Positions 10,667 to 21,531 are shown, numbered from the stretch's first letter. The stretch is DNA of 64,000 bases from Fidelibacterota bacterium (GCA_021734325.1 JAIPJF010000017.1:5252-69251), one strand, 5' to 3'. A program made the numbers and translations. Notes: generated by a model not told the origin, from the sequence alone.

Positions 10667-12586
10667 ATGCGTTATTTGTTAATTTCATTGTTATTCCCTT
10701 TAATCCTCCTGAGCGCACGCCCCGATTTTAAAGAGGGTGTTTCACTTTACAATCAAGGTGCTTATTGGGAGGCGCTGCGCATATTTGCTGAGCTCGCAGA
10801 AGAAGATATTTCACTCAGCCCCCAACAATCAGCGGCATCTTATATGCGCATCCGCTGTTATAACAAGCTGGGATATGGACAGCGAGCCCTGATGCTGGCA
10901 CGACAATTTCCTGTTACTTATCCAGAGAGTGAATATCTTGACGATCTTTCATTTCTAATTGGTGAAATATATCTCTCCCTCGGCGACCCAAGAGAGGCTG
11001 CCTGGTCTTTTGCAAATGCCGCCATAACTACCAATAGTAAAAAAATCCGTAAAGAAGCCCGCGAATATACCGAGTCAGTAATAGGGACTGCCTGCGATGA
11101 GCAAGATCTGCACGCATTGGCAACAAAATCGATCGATCGAACAGGTCAATTCCTGGCTCTTCTTGTGGCTGAACGGTTTCTCAGTGATGGTAATAGGGGC
11201 GAAGCAATAAATATACTCTTTAATTTAAGACCTTTCATTAAGGAGGATGATCTTCGGAAGCGCGCCATCAACCTTTATGGCAATATTGGTACGACCAAGA
11301 TGGATACAATTCATATTGCTGTGGTTCTACCGCTTTCAGGAGCGCTTTCCTCCATTGCATCACCCATGCTGAATGGAATCAAATATGCTGCAATGACGTT
11401 TATGGACAGCACAGATCAAACGGTTCAGTTGCATATTTATGACAATGCAGGAGATTTATCTGAAAGTATCAAGATTGCCCGCTTAGTAAGCGCAAACCCG
11501 AAGATAATCGCCCAAATCGGACCACTGACCAACGAAAATATTAAGGGGACAGCTGCAGTTCTTAACGATACTCATATTCCAATTCTTGCCCCTACTGCAA
11601 CTGAAAATCATTTGACAAATCTTTCAGAAGATATTTTTCAGTTTCGGGCTACCAGGGAAAGGAAAGCAATGGCCCTCGCTGAGTATGCAGTGAAGACACT
11701 CGGTTTGAAAACTTTTGCCATTATTGCTCCCTCCACCGAATACGGTCAGCAATTCGCTGATAATTTTTCTGCACGTGTTGATGAACTTGGCGGCTTGATC
11801 CAATATCAGGGTTGGTATGTTGGGGAGCCCACAGATCTATCAAAAGTCCACTTTCGCAAAATTAGAGAGTTAGGGCTGGAAGAACTGTATGAAAAAATGC
11901 AAGCTGATTCGCTAAGGTTGGACTCACTCATGAGTGGATTGATTTCAGAAGGTGACTCTATCAATATCTATGAACGGCAGCTCCAGCCAATTCTGAAGAA
12001 GCAGCGTCCTACGAGAGCCGACTCGATTCACATATCGCTTTCACATATCGATGGCATGTTCTTTCCCATTCACAAAGGGAGCATCCCATTTATAGCATCC
12101 CAACTTGCTTACAATAATCTAGAAACTTATGTATTGGGTGATGAAAATTGGCTTGATAAAGCGACGTTGAAAAAGAATGCACAATATTTCCCAAAATTGA
12201 CCATTGTTGCCGGGGATCGATTGGAATTCAGGGGACTCGACCCTGAATTTTCGGACGAATATGGGCGCATTTTTAATGCAGAACCAGCTCAATACGATTT
12301 AATGGGGTATGATGCCATGGGTATGCTCCTAAATGCTTCTGGGTATTCTGGTGGAATAAGAGGCAATCTATGGGAAGTATTATCCAATTCCCCAACCTAT
12401 GAAGGAATAGTCCATAAGATTCAATGGGGAGGGGACACCAGACGTGAGAATAACTTGGTATTTCTAATGAAATATGAGGCAAAAGAGTTTAAGCTCGAGG
12501 GCTATTTTGATAATTTAGGATTTTTCTCTATGGACAGCACAAAGACGGATAGTATCGATTTGGAGTTACCATCAGAGACAGACTGA
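10667..12586 (+). CDS. LpoA/LppC-like periplasmic protein (TPR region plus type I periplasmic-binding fold)
   Basis: Signal peptide, TPR-like helices, IAVVLPLSG, IGPLT, and GYDAMGML near the C-terminus. Confidence 0.7.
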   Translation: MRYLLISLLFPLILLSARPDFKEGVSLYNQGAYWEALRIFAELAEEDISLSPQQSAASYMRIRCYNKLGYGQRALMLARQFPVTYPESEYLDDLSFLIGEIYLSLGDPREAAWSFANAAITTNSKKIRKEAREYTESVIGTACDEQDLHALATKSIDRTGQFLALLVAERFLSDGNRGEAINILFNLRPFIKEDDLRKRAINLYGNIGTTKMDTIHIAVVLPLSGALSSIASPMLNGIKYAAMTFMDSTDQTVQLHIYDNAGDLSESIKIARLVSANPKIIAQIGPLTNENIKGTAAVLNDTHIPILAPTATENHLTNLSEDIFQFRATRERKAMALAEYAVKTLGLKTFAIIAPSTEYGQQFADNFSARVDELGGLIQYQGWYVGEPTDLSKVHFRKIRELGLEELYEKMQADSLRLDSLMSGLISEGDSINIYERQLQPILKKQRPTRADSIHISLSHIDGMFFPIHKGSIPFIASQLAYNNLETYVLGDENWLDKATLKKNAQYFPKLTIVAGDRLEFRGLDPEFSDEYGRIFNAEPAQYDLMGYDAMGMLLNASGYSGGIRGNLWEVLSNSPTYEGIVHKIQWGGDTRRENNLVFLMKYEAKEFKLEGYFDNLGFFSMDSTKTDSIDLELPSETD

Positions 12587-13326
12587 GAATATTAAAACCA
12601 GAAAAACTTAAAGTACCTCCACACATTAAGCTGGGATTCTCCACCCGCCAAGGCGGTGTAAGTCCTGAGCCATTTCAAAGCCTTAATATGTCAATATCTC
12701 GTGGTGATCTACCCTTGAACGTTAATCAAAATAGGCGTCTTTTCCTTGATGCCCTTGGCGTTCCTGAATCTGGACTTGCCCAGGCAGTGCAGATAAGCCG
12801 GGATTGCGTTAGACAGGTAGAGACGACAGGAGAATATCCAGATTGTGATGCAATGATCACCAGCTCAACAAAGGTTTATCTGAGTATCTTAACTGCTGAT
12901 TGCACGCCCATACTGATATGGGCAGATCATAATCCCGTCATCGCTGCTGTCCATTCTGGCTGGCAGGGCTCAGAACTTGATCTGCTTGGGAAGACGATCA
13001 AAATGATGATCACTGATTATCATGTTAAATCTGATTCATTGAATCTTGTCATCGGTCCTGGTTTGAGCAGGGAATACTTTGAGGTTGGACCAGAGTTCAG
13101 GACGAAATTCCCACCTGCGTATCTGAAGGGTCATCAAGGATCTGGGAAAATATTTTTTGACCATAATGCCTACTTACGTGAATCGGCAATCAGGCAAGGC
13201 GTACCAGGTCACAAAATTGAGATATTGGATTATTGCAGCTATCGTGATGAAGATTTATTTTTTTCACATCGTAGGGATAGAGGAATAACTGGCAGGATGA
13301 TATCAGTGATAGGAATGAGTGAATGA
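12583..13326 (+). CDS. pgeF: PgeF/YfiH family (purine nucleoside phosphorylase/polyphenol-oxidase-like) protein
   Basis: FSTRQGGVS (upstream of the track's start at 12688), LTADCTPI, VHSGWQG, FFSHRR and TGRM. The start is uncertain; CTG 12583 overlapping the upstream TGA is proposed. Confidence 0.88.
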   Translation: MRILKPEKLKVPPHIKLGFSTRQGGVSPEPFQSLNMSISRGDLPLNVNQNRRLFLDALGVPESGLAQAVQISRDCVRQVETTGEYPDCDAMITSSTKVYLSILTADCTPILIWADHNPVIAAVHSGWQGSELDLLGKTIKMMITDYHVKSDSLNLVIGPGLSREYFEVGPEFRTKFPPAYLKGHQGSGKIFFDHNAYLRESAIRQGVPGHKIEILDYCSYRDEDLFFSHRRDRGITGRMISVIGMSE

Positions 13327-14138
13327 GTAGCGTTAATGCCGCCATATTGGCTGTAATTCAAGGTCTGACAGAATTCTTACCGGTTTCAAGTTCAGGGCAC
13401 CTGGTCCTCGGAGAGGCTTTATTGGGTTCGCATGCAATTGGCAATAGTATTGCCTTTGAACTGGTCGTCCATTTAGGAACTTTTCTGGCGGTGCTGGTGG
13501 TCTTTTGGCGAGATATCCTCCACTTATCAAGTATATTTTTCCCACTTATTATTAAACCGAAGACCTGGTCTTCAGAATACCAGCATAATCCTGAATTCAA
13601 GCTATCCATTTTGATGATCATAGCAATGCTGCCTGCTGGTATCATTGGTTTGCTGCTAAGAGATCAGATAAGCGCGCTGTTCTCAGAGCCATTCATGGTA
13701 AGCTTGGCATTGCTCCTTACAGGGGCGATGCTTCTATCAACCAAATATTATAAAAAAGCAGAGCAGCCCATCGATTTCAAAAGAGCTGTTCTCATCGGTC
13801 TAGCGCAGGCATTGGCGCTTGTCCCTGGAATATCCAGATCAGGGTCGACCATAACCATGGCATTGGCTTTAGGGGTCAAGCAGGAACAAGCTGCACGATT
13901 CAGTTTCATCATGGTCCTGCCACTTATTGTGGCCGCAACAGGATTGGAATTTAAAGACCTACTCCAAGTCGGTATCACTACAGATGAAAGTATCACTCTT
14001 TTTATCGGTCTGATAGTATCCTTTGTTGTAGGTTTTGTAAGCTTGAAATGGCTTCTCCGAATACTCCGACAGGGAAAATTTCACTATTTTGCCTGGTATT
14101 GTTTTGGATTAGCAATAATGGGGATTTTATACTTTTAA
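13323..14138 (+). CDS. uppP: undecaprenyl-diphosphate phosphatase
   Basis: QGLTEFLPVSSSGH and PGISRSGSTI; multi-TM. Confidence 0.96.
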   Translation: MSSVNAAILAVIQGLTEFLPVSSSGHLVLGEALLGSHAIGNSIAFELVVHLGTFLAVLVVFWRDILHLSSIFFPLIIKPKTWSSEYQHNPEFKLSILMIIAMLPAGIIGLLLRDQISALFSEPFMVSLALLLTGAMLLSTKYYKKAEQPIDFKRAVLIGLAQALALVPGISRSGSTITMALALGVKQEQAARFSFIMVLPLIVAATGLEFKDLLQVGITTDESITLFIGLIVSFVVGFVSLKWLLRILRQGKFHYFAWYCFGLAIMGILYF

Positions 14139-14139
14139 G

Positions 14140-15150
14140 ATGGCATCGAGTGCTGAACAATATGCAATCTATTCCCGGGTTATTAATGACCTGAAGGAAG
14201 GTACAATTTCCCAAGTCTATTTTGCTACAGGTTCAGATTATTATCTATACAGGCATTTTTTGCACCACCTCCGCTCTGCCTATACTTTGAAATATGGTGA
14301 CAGTGCCGATCTGCAGCAACGCTGGGGAACTGACCTTAAATCAGTTTCAGATCTTAGCTCACTCCTAGGCGGGGGAGGTTTGTTCTCTTCTGCGAGCCTG
14401 GCTCTTGTGCATGAGATTCAGGATGCTGGAATATCTGTTAAAACAAATTTAGCAGAGATTGTAGGTTCACCACCGCCCGGTACAGTCATTTTGATCCATT
14501 ATTCGATTAGTGAGTATCGATCAGCAAAATGGCTCACTGCCATGCAATCGATCGGGAGGCTTGTGCCACTTAATCCGCCAGACGCATCGATATTACCAAG
14601 GATTGTTAAGGATCTGGCCACAAAACATACGCTCAAGCTAAAGGAAGAAGCAATTTTCAGATTAATTGAACAAAGTAGTGGCGAACTTGCCGTCATTGAT
14701 AATGAACTGGAGAAATTATCAATTTATCTTGAGAACAATATGAAGGAGGTTGACCGAACATTGGTCGACGAAGTGTCTGGTGCATTAGAAAATGCCCAGG
14801 TATCCGAATTTATTGATGCAGTGACAGTGCGGGACAGAAAATTGGCAATTCAGACATTGTTTGAGATTGATCGTAGAGGAAAAGAGGGGCTACCATTTTT
14901 AGTGTCACTCCTTTACAGAAGATTGATGCAACTCATGGCCTTACATGAAAACTACGAGGCCAGAAAATCAATTGGCAAGGGGATAACCGCTTACTATTTC
15001 CTGAAGGAATTGGAACCGTATTCCAGAAATTATAATCTGGCAGAATTGCAAGCAGCCACTGTATCGTTGGCAGATCTTGATCACCAGTTTAGATTAGGCA
15101 CCATGGATATGCTGTCCTCATTTTCAAGTTGGATCTCAAAATCAGTGTAG
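14140..15150 (+). CDS. holA: DNA polymerase III delta subunit
   Basis: VYFATGSD, GLFSSASLALV and NELEKLSIY; size 336 aa. Confidence 0.85.
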   Translation: MASSAEQYAIYSRVINDLKEGTISQVYFATGSDYYLYRHFLHHLRSAYTLKYGDSADLQQRWGTDLKSVSDLSSLLGGGGLFSSASLALVHEIQDAGISVKTNLAEIVGSPPPGTVILIHYSISEYRSAKWLTAMQSIGRLVPLNPPDASILPRIVKDLATKHTLKLKEEAIFRLIEQSSGELAVIDNELEKLSIYLENNMKEVDRTLVDEVSGALENAQVSEFIDAVTVRDRKLAIQTLFEIDRRGKEGLPFLVSLLYRRLMQLMALHENYEARKSIGKGITAYYFLKELEPYSRNYNLAELQAATVSLADLDHQFRLGTMDMLSSFSSWISKSV

Positions 15151-15729
15151 ATGATGATTGAACACAATTCAATGAGTGATGAGCAGCTTATCGCCGAATT
15201 TCAAGGAGGGGATGAGCGCGCTTTCGTCGAATTGGTTGACCGTTATAAAGATCGTCTGGTCAATTTTGTATATCGTTTCCTGAATGACATGACCGACGCT
15301 GAGGATCTTGTTCAGGATACATTCCTAAAGGTGTACAAAAAGAAGCACGCTTACAGGGAAATAGCAAAATTCTCAACATGGATCTATACAATTGCCGGAA
15401 ATCTGGCCCGATCTGAACTGAGAAAACGAAAGCGTCGCAAGACATACACCATGTCAGACCTATCGTTTGATGACAATGAATTTAATCCAGTTGATTCTGA
15501 TAAAGATACAGAAGGCATTGTTTTTAATAGTTATGCCGGAGAAGAGATTATGAAGGCTATTGATGCCTTGCCTGAACCTTTCAAATCAATCACTATTTTG
15601 AGAGATATTCAGGAACTTTCTTATGAGGACATAAGTACAATACTCGACATTCCCATGGGAACAGTCAAATCGCGTGTCAATAGAGCACGTTTGAAATTGC
15701 AGGAAACGTTGAGCTACCTAAGGGAGTAA
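15151..15729 (+). CDS. ECF RNA polymerase sigma factor (RpoE/SigW-like)
   Basis: DAEDLVQDTF, KFSTWIYTIA, LSYEDIS and GTVKSRVNRAR. Confidence 0.95.
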   Translation: MMIEHNSMSDEQLIAEFQGGDERAFVELVDRYKDRLVNFVYRFLNDMTDAEDLVQDTFLKVYKKKHAYREIAKFSTWIYTIAGNLARSELRKRKRRKTYTMSDLSFDDNEFNPVDSDKDTEGIVFNSYAGEEIMKAIDALPEPFKSITILRDIQELSYEDISTILDIPMGTVKSRVNRARLKLQETLSYLRE

Positions 15730-15782
15730 TCAATATTTAAAATTGCTATTGCTAGCGTTACACACATTGAGGAATATTAAGT

Positions 15783-16295
15783 ATGCAGAATAACGAATGT
15801 AGCTATATTTGTGAACAATTCACTGAGTATCAAGACCAAACACTCTCAATGAAAATAAGATCCCATGTTGACGCCCACCTAGCGATTTGTTCCTCATGTC
15901 AATCAAGATTCCAGGAATTGGATATTATCCTCGACCGACTCCACCAGCTATCGCCTATTATGGCTTCCCCCGATTTTACTGAAAAGCTCATGCATAAAGC
16001 TCACCAGCAGTCAACAGAAAGTGTTTGGGAGAGATTCTATCAGTCCCCATACAGTCGTATCGCAGGTTTTGCAGTTGCTGCAGGGCTTGTGGCTGCAATT
16101 GGGTTGAATATATGGATTGAACCAATTGGACCGGGTTCCTCAAATAGTAATTTTACAGAGAAAAAAATTAATCCCACAGCGGTCTACGCAAATCGTCCTG
16201 ATAGTATAGGACTGGGAAATGATTCATTACAGCTGCAACCCGGAAAAATCAATTCTGATGGGTCAGTTCTCAAGCTGGTAAGCGATAAAAAATAG
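15783..16295 (+). CDS. zinc-binding (zf-HC2) membrane anti-sigma factor
   Basis: HLAICSSC (HxxxCxxC), one TM helix, directly after the ECF sigma gene. Confidence 0.85.
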   Translation: MQNNECSYICEQFTEYQDQTLSMKIRSHVDAHLAICSSCQSRFQELDIILDRLHQLSPIMASPDFTEKLMHKAHQQSTESVWERFYQSPYSRIAGFAVAAGLVAAIGLNIWIEPIGPGSSNSNFTEKKINPTAVYANRPDSIGLGNDSLQLQPGKINSDGSVLKLVSDKK

Positions 16296-16351
16296 TTAAT
16301 ATCGTCCAAAATTGTCCTCAATCGTCTGATTAAATTAATCCCATGATTCCA

Positions 16352-16379
16352 AGGAGTATCAATTGATTTTGATACTCCT
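16352..16379 (+). terminator. 11-bp hairpin after the sigma/anti-sigma operon (possible terminator)
   Basis: AGGAGTATCAA-ttgatt-TTGATACTCCT perfect inverted repeat; only a weak U-tract follows. Confidence 0.5.
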
Positions 16380-16497
16380 CATATTTAACTTTAACTCTAT
16401 AGCAAAACTGTCTGTAAAGACGTACAATTATGAATATTTAAAAGGATTGGGTCTTGATCGGATTACCAATAGAAGATGAGCAGGGAAGGATCCGAAA

Positions 16498-18015
16498 ATG
16501 ACGTTGGCCGATATTGAAGTAGCCAACCTGGATACAAAACCGATCTTTCAGAATCAAGTGAAGAAATCGTTGAGTGTCATCAATACTCTTTATCCAGGCA
16601 CTTTCGTTTATGTTTATTTACTTGATGAGCGGGGGAGTTTCACTCTAAGGGATTTGGAAACGAATCAGGGACACCTGGTTACAACGATCTCTCCAGAAAT
16701 GTCCATTTTTGTAATCCTGCAAACACAGAAAGAATTCTGTAGCCATTTGATTGCAAATAAGGATAATTCTGAAATATTCGCTCAGAAGATTCCTGCAGAG
16801 TCAGAGTCCTCGCTTATATCGCCCATAGGCTACGAAGATAGCCTGGTCGGATTCCTCTTCACTATCATCCCTGTTGCTCTCGAACCCTCCTCTCTGAATC
16901 TTAAGGTATTTGATGATCTTGCGATGAGCCTTGGATCCGCTTCAGTAGCTTCTGAATTATTACATCAATTTAAAAGTAGAAGTGACCAGCTTGCAATCAT
17001 GCTGGAAGTGAATACGCATTTGAATATGGCGGCTACCAAAGAGGATTATCTTTATGAAATATCGAGATTTGGCAAATATTTTATCCAGTTTGACAGAGCG
17101 GTTCTTGTCCTGAAATCCGAGGAAGCTCCAGAATATTTTCTGATTGATTATATTGAAGGTGACAGCATTGGGCTCCAGCTTGGAATGAGCTATCCCCTGT
17201 ATAATTCACTTGTAAGTCAGTCAATTAACAGTGGGCAGTACTTTATTTATAAAAAAAGTTATGAAGAGAGTCTGGTAGGGATATATCATGACGGAGACAC
17301 AGATGAATACCCGTATAAGCAAGTTGTTGGTTTTCCATTAGCCAGGATCAAGAATTCCCCAGGGGTATTAATCCTTGAGTCACTTGACGAGCACCCCATC
17401 AAGCAGAATGAAATAAATATATTCGGCATGATCAGCCAAGGTCTCGGTGCAGCTCTCAACAGATTCCGACTTTATGAACGGCTGACTAATTATGCCACGG
17501 TCGACACACTTACCCATTTATATAATCTTCGGGCTATCAAACAGAGATTCGAAGAAGAGTTAGCCCGTGCTGGACGATATCAAAACTCCTTAGTCGTTCT
17601 GTTCCTTGACCTTGATAAGTTCAAGTCGGTCAACGATAATCATGGCCACCTCATGGGGGATTTTGTGTTAAGAGAAACAGCGCAGATAATTAGAGATTCT
17701 ATCCGTACCAGTGATATCCCCGGTCGCTACGGGGGGGAAGAATTTGTCGTTATAATGGTAAATACAGATGCTCAATCCTGCATGGCCAGTGCACAGAGAA
17801 TATGCACTGCCATTCATGATCATAATTACGAAATGAACGATGTAAGGATCACAACTAAGATCAGTATTGGTTTAGCTGAATATCCTAAGGATGGTAGCAA
17901 TATGCAGGAATTGATTCAATCAGCTGATACTGCCATGTATACTGCAAAAGCAAGAGGTGGCAATCAGGTCATCCAATATGAGAAAGGGATGGTGCCCAAA
18001 TCAAAAGTAAATTAA
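16498..18015 (+). CDS. GAF-domain diguanylate cyclase
   Basis: DTLTHLYN, DLDKFKSVNDNHGH, I-site RTSD, active site GGEEF; two GAF-like N-terminal regions. Confidence 0.93.
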   Translation: MTLADIEVANLDTKPIFQNQVKKSLSVINTLYPGTFVYVYLLDERGSFTLRDLETNQGHLVTTISPEMSIFVILQTQKEFCSHLIANKDNSEIFAQKIPAESESSLISPIGYEDSLVGFLFTIIPVALEPSSLNLKVFDDLAMSLGSASVASELLHQFKSRSDQLAIMLEVNTHLNMAATKEDYLYEISRFGKYFIQFDRAVLVLKSEEAPEYFLIDYIEGDSIGLQLGMSYPLYNSLVSQSINSGQYFIYKKSYEESLVGIYHDGDTDEYPYKQVVGFPLARIKNSPGVLILESLDEHPIKQNEINIFGMISQGLGAALNRFRLYERLTNYATVDTLTHLYNLRAIKQRFEEELARAGRYQNSLVVLFLDLDKFKSVNDNHGHLMGDFVLRETAQIIRDSIRTSDIPGRYGGEEFVVIMVNTDAQSCMASAQRICTAIHDHNYEMNDVRITTKISIGLAEYPKDGSNMQELIQSADTAMYTAKARGGNQVIQYEKGMVPKSKVN

Positions 18016-18182
18016 ATCGATGGTATCTTATCATTTTTATTGGTATCACCCAAGGGTCATTTAGTCTTGCTTCAGCTCAAACTATTGACTTCCCGAGAAT
18101 AATTCTTTCCAACGTCCCTTTTGAAGTAAACTGGGCTGGATTTACAGAAGTATCAGACCAGAATCCAATTGTTTTAAAGGGT

Positions 18183-19916
18183 TTGCCAGACGGTCCGCTA
18201 ATTCTAACAAGCAATGAAGGGAATGTTATGATGCATCTTAGCAAGGATGCATTGATTGAGGCTAGCAGCTCAGATGGACTTATCTTAAAAAAAGAATTAT
18301 CAGTGATCCCTGGTTGGTTAAGCCTTCTACCACCACTTCTGGCAATCATTCTGGCTCTCCTGACAAAAGAGATGCTGATTTCCTTGTTCTCTGGAATTTG
18401 GGTGGGCGTTACTATCATGCTCAGCTATAACCCTGTAAATGGATTCCTTCACTCACTGGATGGCTATATTGTTGATACTGTAGCAAATTCGGGGCATGCG
18501 ACCATTCTTATGTTTACCTTTGGATTCGGTGGTCTGGTTGGGATCATTCAGAAGAATGGGGGGCTGGCAGGTGTCGTGGCAATTGCAGCCCGATATGCAA
18601 AAACCCGAGTTAGGGGTCAGGTAACCACCGCAGCGATGGGTCTATTCATCTTCTTCGATGATTATGCAAATAGCTTGCTCGTAGGCAACACGATGAGACC
18701 ATTCACCGACAAATTGAGAATCAGTAGGGAGAAACTTAGTTATATAGTGGATTCAACTGCTGCCCCCGTTGCCAGCGTTGGTTTGATAAGTACCTGGATC
18801 GTTTTCGCCATGTCTCTCCTTGACGGTCAGCTGCAGGTGCTGGATATACACACCAATGCCTACCTCATTTTTCTATTGTCGATCCCCTTTAGTTATTATG
18901 CGATACTGGCCATTATCTTTGTTTTTATGAATGCGTTGATGAAACGTGAATTTGGGCCGATGCTCATTGCCGAAAGGAGGGCGATTAATTCAGGGGCTGT
19001 GCTGAGACCGGGGGCGAATCCATTGTCCGATGATTCCCTCTTAAAGAGCGCCATCCCTGAGAATATCCCGCACAGATGGTACAATGCCGTTATTCCAGTC
19101 TTAATTGTTATTTTTATGACCATGCTTGGTATGGTCATAACTGGTATGCCGGATTCCTTCCCTGAGAATTCTGGATTATTGCAAAAGATACTGGTGATCA
19201 TGGATAGCACCAATTCCAGCCAAGCCCTGCTCTGGGCAAGTTATATTGCTGCTGTTATTGCGATTCTAATGGCCTTAAGCCAAAAATTGCTCTCCCTGAA
19301 GAAATCCCTCGAGGCTTGGTTTGAAGGTGCCAGGACAATGCTTCTAGCAACAATTATTCTTGTTTTGGCATGGAGTCTAGGCTCAGTCTGTACCGACATC
19401 CATACTGCAGACTTCATCGTTCATCATACCCGAGATTTTATTTCCCCGGCGTTTTTGCCAGCCATCACCTTTATCATCGCAGCTTTGATCAGTTTTGCTA
19501 CAGGCACATCATACGGAACCATGTCAATTTTAATCCCCCTGATTGTACCGCTGGCAGTTCAACTTTTTGGAGGTGTGCATGAAGTGATGTTCTGGGCAAC
19601 CTTTTCAGGGATAATAAGCGGTGCGACTTTTGGCGATCATTGTTCACCAATATCTGACACCACAATACTATCCTCGCTGGCAAGTGGAGCTGACAATGTT
19701 GACCATGTTCAGACCCAGCTACCCTACGCCCTGGTGGTAGGGGGAACGGCAGTATTGTTTGGTTTTCTTCCGATTGGCATGATTTCTGGTGCGACATATT
19801 TAACCGGTATCCTTCTCTATATATTAAGCATATCTGCATTATATCTTATACTGCGATATTTCGGGACACTGCTACCGGAGCATGCTCTACCTGCTGAGGA
19901 GTACCCTGGTAATTAA
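18183..19916 (+). CDS. NhaC-family Na+/H+ antiporter-like transporter (reading frame extends upstream to about 18012)
   Basis: SLLPPLLAI, FFDDYAN, ISREKLSYIVDSTAAP, FATGTSYGT and GDHCSPISDTTILSS. Confidence 0.92.
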   Translation: MPDGPLILTSNEGNVMMHLSKDALIEASSSDGLILKKELSVIPGWLSLLPPLLAIILALLTKEMLISLFSGIWVGVTIMLSYNPVNGFLHSLDGYIVDTVANSGHATILMFTFGFGGLVGIIQKNGGLAGVVAIAARYAKTRVRGQVTTAAMGLFIFFDDYANSLLVGNTMRPFTDKLRISREKLSYIVDSTAAPVASVGLISTWIVFAMSLLDGQLQVLDIHTNAYLIFLLSIPFSYYAILAIIFVFMNALMKREFGPMLIAERRAINSGAVLRPGANPLSDDSLLKSAIPENIPHRWYNAVIPVLIVIFMTMLGMVITGMPDSFPENSGLLQKILVIMDSTNSSQALLWASYIAAVIAILMALSQKLLSLKKSLEAWFEGARTMLLATIILVLAWSLGSVCTDIHTADFIVHHTRDFISPAFLPAITFIIAALISFATGTSYGTMSILIPLIVPLAVQLFGGVHEVMFWATFSGIISGATFGDHCSPISDTTILSSLASGADNVDHVQTQLPYALVVGGTAVLFGFLPIGMISGATYLTGILLYILSISALYLILRYFGTLLPEHALPAEEYPGN

Positions 19917-21474
19917 TACGATCAGAAAAAGATTAATCTGCTCGATTCTAATACTCATCGCTGCGAGTTCCGTGTCGACGACACACGCAATGGATTCTGT
20001 TCGTACCTATGACACGCGAGCCATTGAAGCATTCATGGAGGGCATGGATTTAGAGGCAGCTGGAAATTTATCTCAGGCGATAAGTGCCTATAAAAGGGCA
20101 TTATCATTTGATCCAGAAACCCTTGATATATTGTTATCCTTAGCAAAATTATACCTCCAGACAGATAAAGTGGCGCTGGCAAAAGGAACACTTGAGAAAG
20201 TTATTTCTCTTAATCCCCATGATCTTCAAGCTTTGGAACTCCTTGGTGAAATAGCACAATCGAATTTAGAACATGAATTGGCACTAAGTTATTTTGAGCG
20301 CGTGCTTGATATAGAATATGATAATGACTATGCGATTCTCCAAACTGCCCAGATATATCACGTGTTGGGAGATAGTATTCGTGAAGCGGAATACTTGATC
20401 AGACTTTGGGAATTGGATACTGACAGGGTGGCAGCCTTGCAACGTGCCGAAAGTATTTTCTTAAATGCAAATGATTATACAAGAATTACTGAATTGTATG
20501 ACAAACTGATTAAACGAATGCCTACCCAAACAGATTTGGTTGGACGTCAGATACGTCTATTCCTTGGGATGAACCGCTTTTTTGAAGCAGAAGCCCTGAT
20601 GGACTCCCTCATCAATGTTGCCCCACGATCCATAGAGCTTCAAAGTATGAAAACAGATCTGGTTAAGGTCATGCACGGTGAAATGGCTGCTGTAGATTAT
20701 TTGAGTGATGTTGTAGAGGAGTTCCCTGAATCCTGGGAGTTAAAGCTCAAATTAAGTCAACTCCTGATAGATGCTGGAGAATCCATTAATGCCCGACAAA
20801 CTTTGGAGGAAATATTAGCTGTAAAACCAGAGCAGGGGAATGCTGTGTCGATGTTGATCTGGACCTATTTGGATGTTGATGACGTAACCAGGGCCAAAGA
20901 AGTGCTTGAAAATTATCTCCCTGCCTTTCCTGAGGATTTCTTCCTGCATCGGCTCATGGGAAACATACTCTATGAAATTGCTGACAGCTACGGAGATTCC
21001 CTCCATTATCAGCAAGCACTTGATGCCCAACGAAACGCCTTGAAACTTCGGCCAGAAGATCAGCAGACTTTACATATGATTGCCAACACACTGGAACATT
21101 TGGGACGAAGGGAAGATGTACTGCAAACCTATCTCGATCTAATTGAAATTGATGAGAATGATGATCTGGCCTTAAATAACTACGCGTATATGTTAACTGA
21201 AGGAGATGTAAGCGAAGATACTTTGCGGCTGGCAGCAGAATATGTCGAGCGTGCGCTAGCAGTCAATCCTGAAAGTGCTCCCTATCTGGATACGGCAGGG
21301 TGGATTTATTTTAAGCTTGGTCACGTACAACTTGCCAGAGATTTTATCGATAGATCGTTGTCCATTAACCCTGACAACCCTGAGGTTTTGATGCATATGG
21401 GAGATGTTTTGGAGTATCTTGGAAAGTCAAATGAAGCCTACATCTATTACATGCGCGCAAATGGCTTGAAATAA
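19882..21474 (+). CDS. exported TPR-repeat protein
   Basis: Signal peptide ending THA, multiple TPRs, ALNNYAY and YLDTAGWIYFK. Confidence 0.88.
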   Translation: MLYLLRSTLVINTIRKRLICSILILIAASSVSTTHAMDSVRTYDTRAIEAFMEGMDLEAAGNLSQAISAYKRALSFDPETLDILLSLAKLYLQTDKVALAKGTLEKVISLNPHDLQALELLGEIAQSNLEHELALSYFERVLDIEYDNDYAILQTAQIYHVLGDSIREAEYLIRLWELDTDRVAALQRAESIFLNANDYTRITELYDKLIKRMPTQTDLVGRQIRLFLGMNRFFEAEALMDSLINVAPRSIELQSMKTDLVKVMHGEMAAVDYLSDVVEEFPESWELKLKLSQLLIDAGESINARQTLEEILAVKPEQGNAVSMLIWTYLDVDDVTRAKEVLENYLPAFPEDFFLHRLMGNILYEIADSYGDSLHYQQALDAQRNALKLRPEDQQTLHMIANTLEHLGRREDVLQTYLDLIEIDENDDLALNNYAYMLTEGDVSEDTLRLAAEYVERALAVNPESAPYLDTAGWIYFKLGHVQLARDFIDRSLSINPDNPEVLMHMGDVLEYLGKSNEAYIYYMRANGLK

Positions 21475-21531
21475 CTGAAGTGGAATCTGAAAATCGCGAA
21501 GCGTAACATTAGAAATAATAAGGACGGTACC

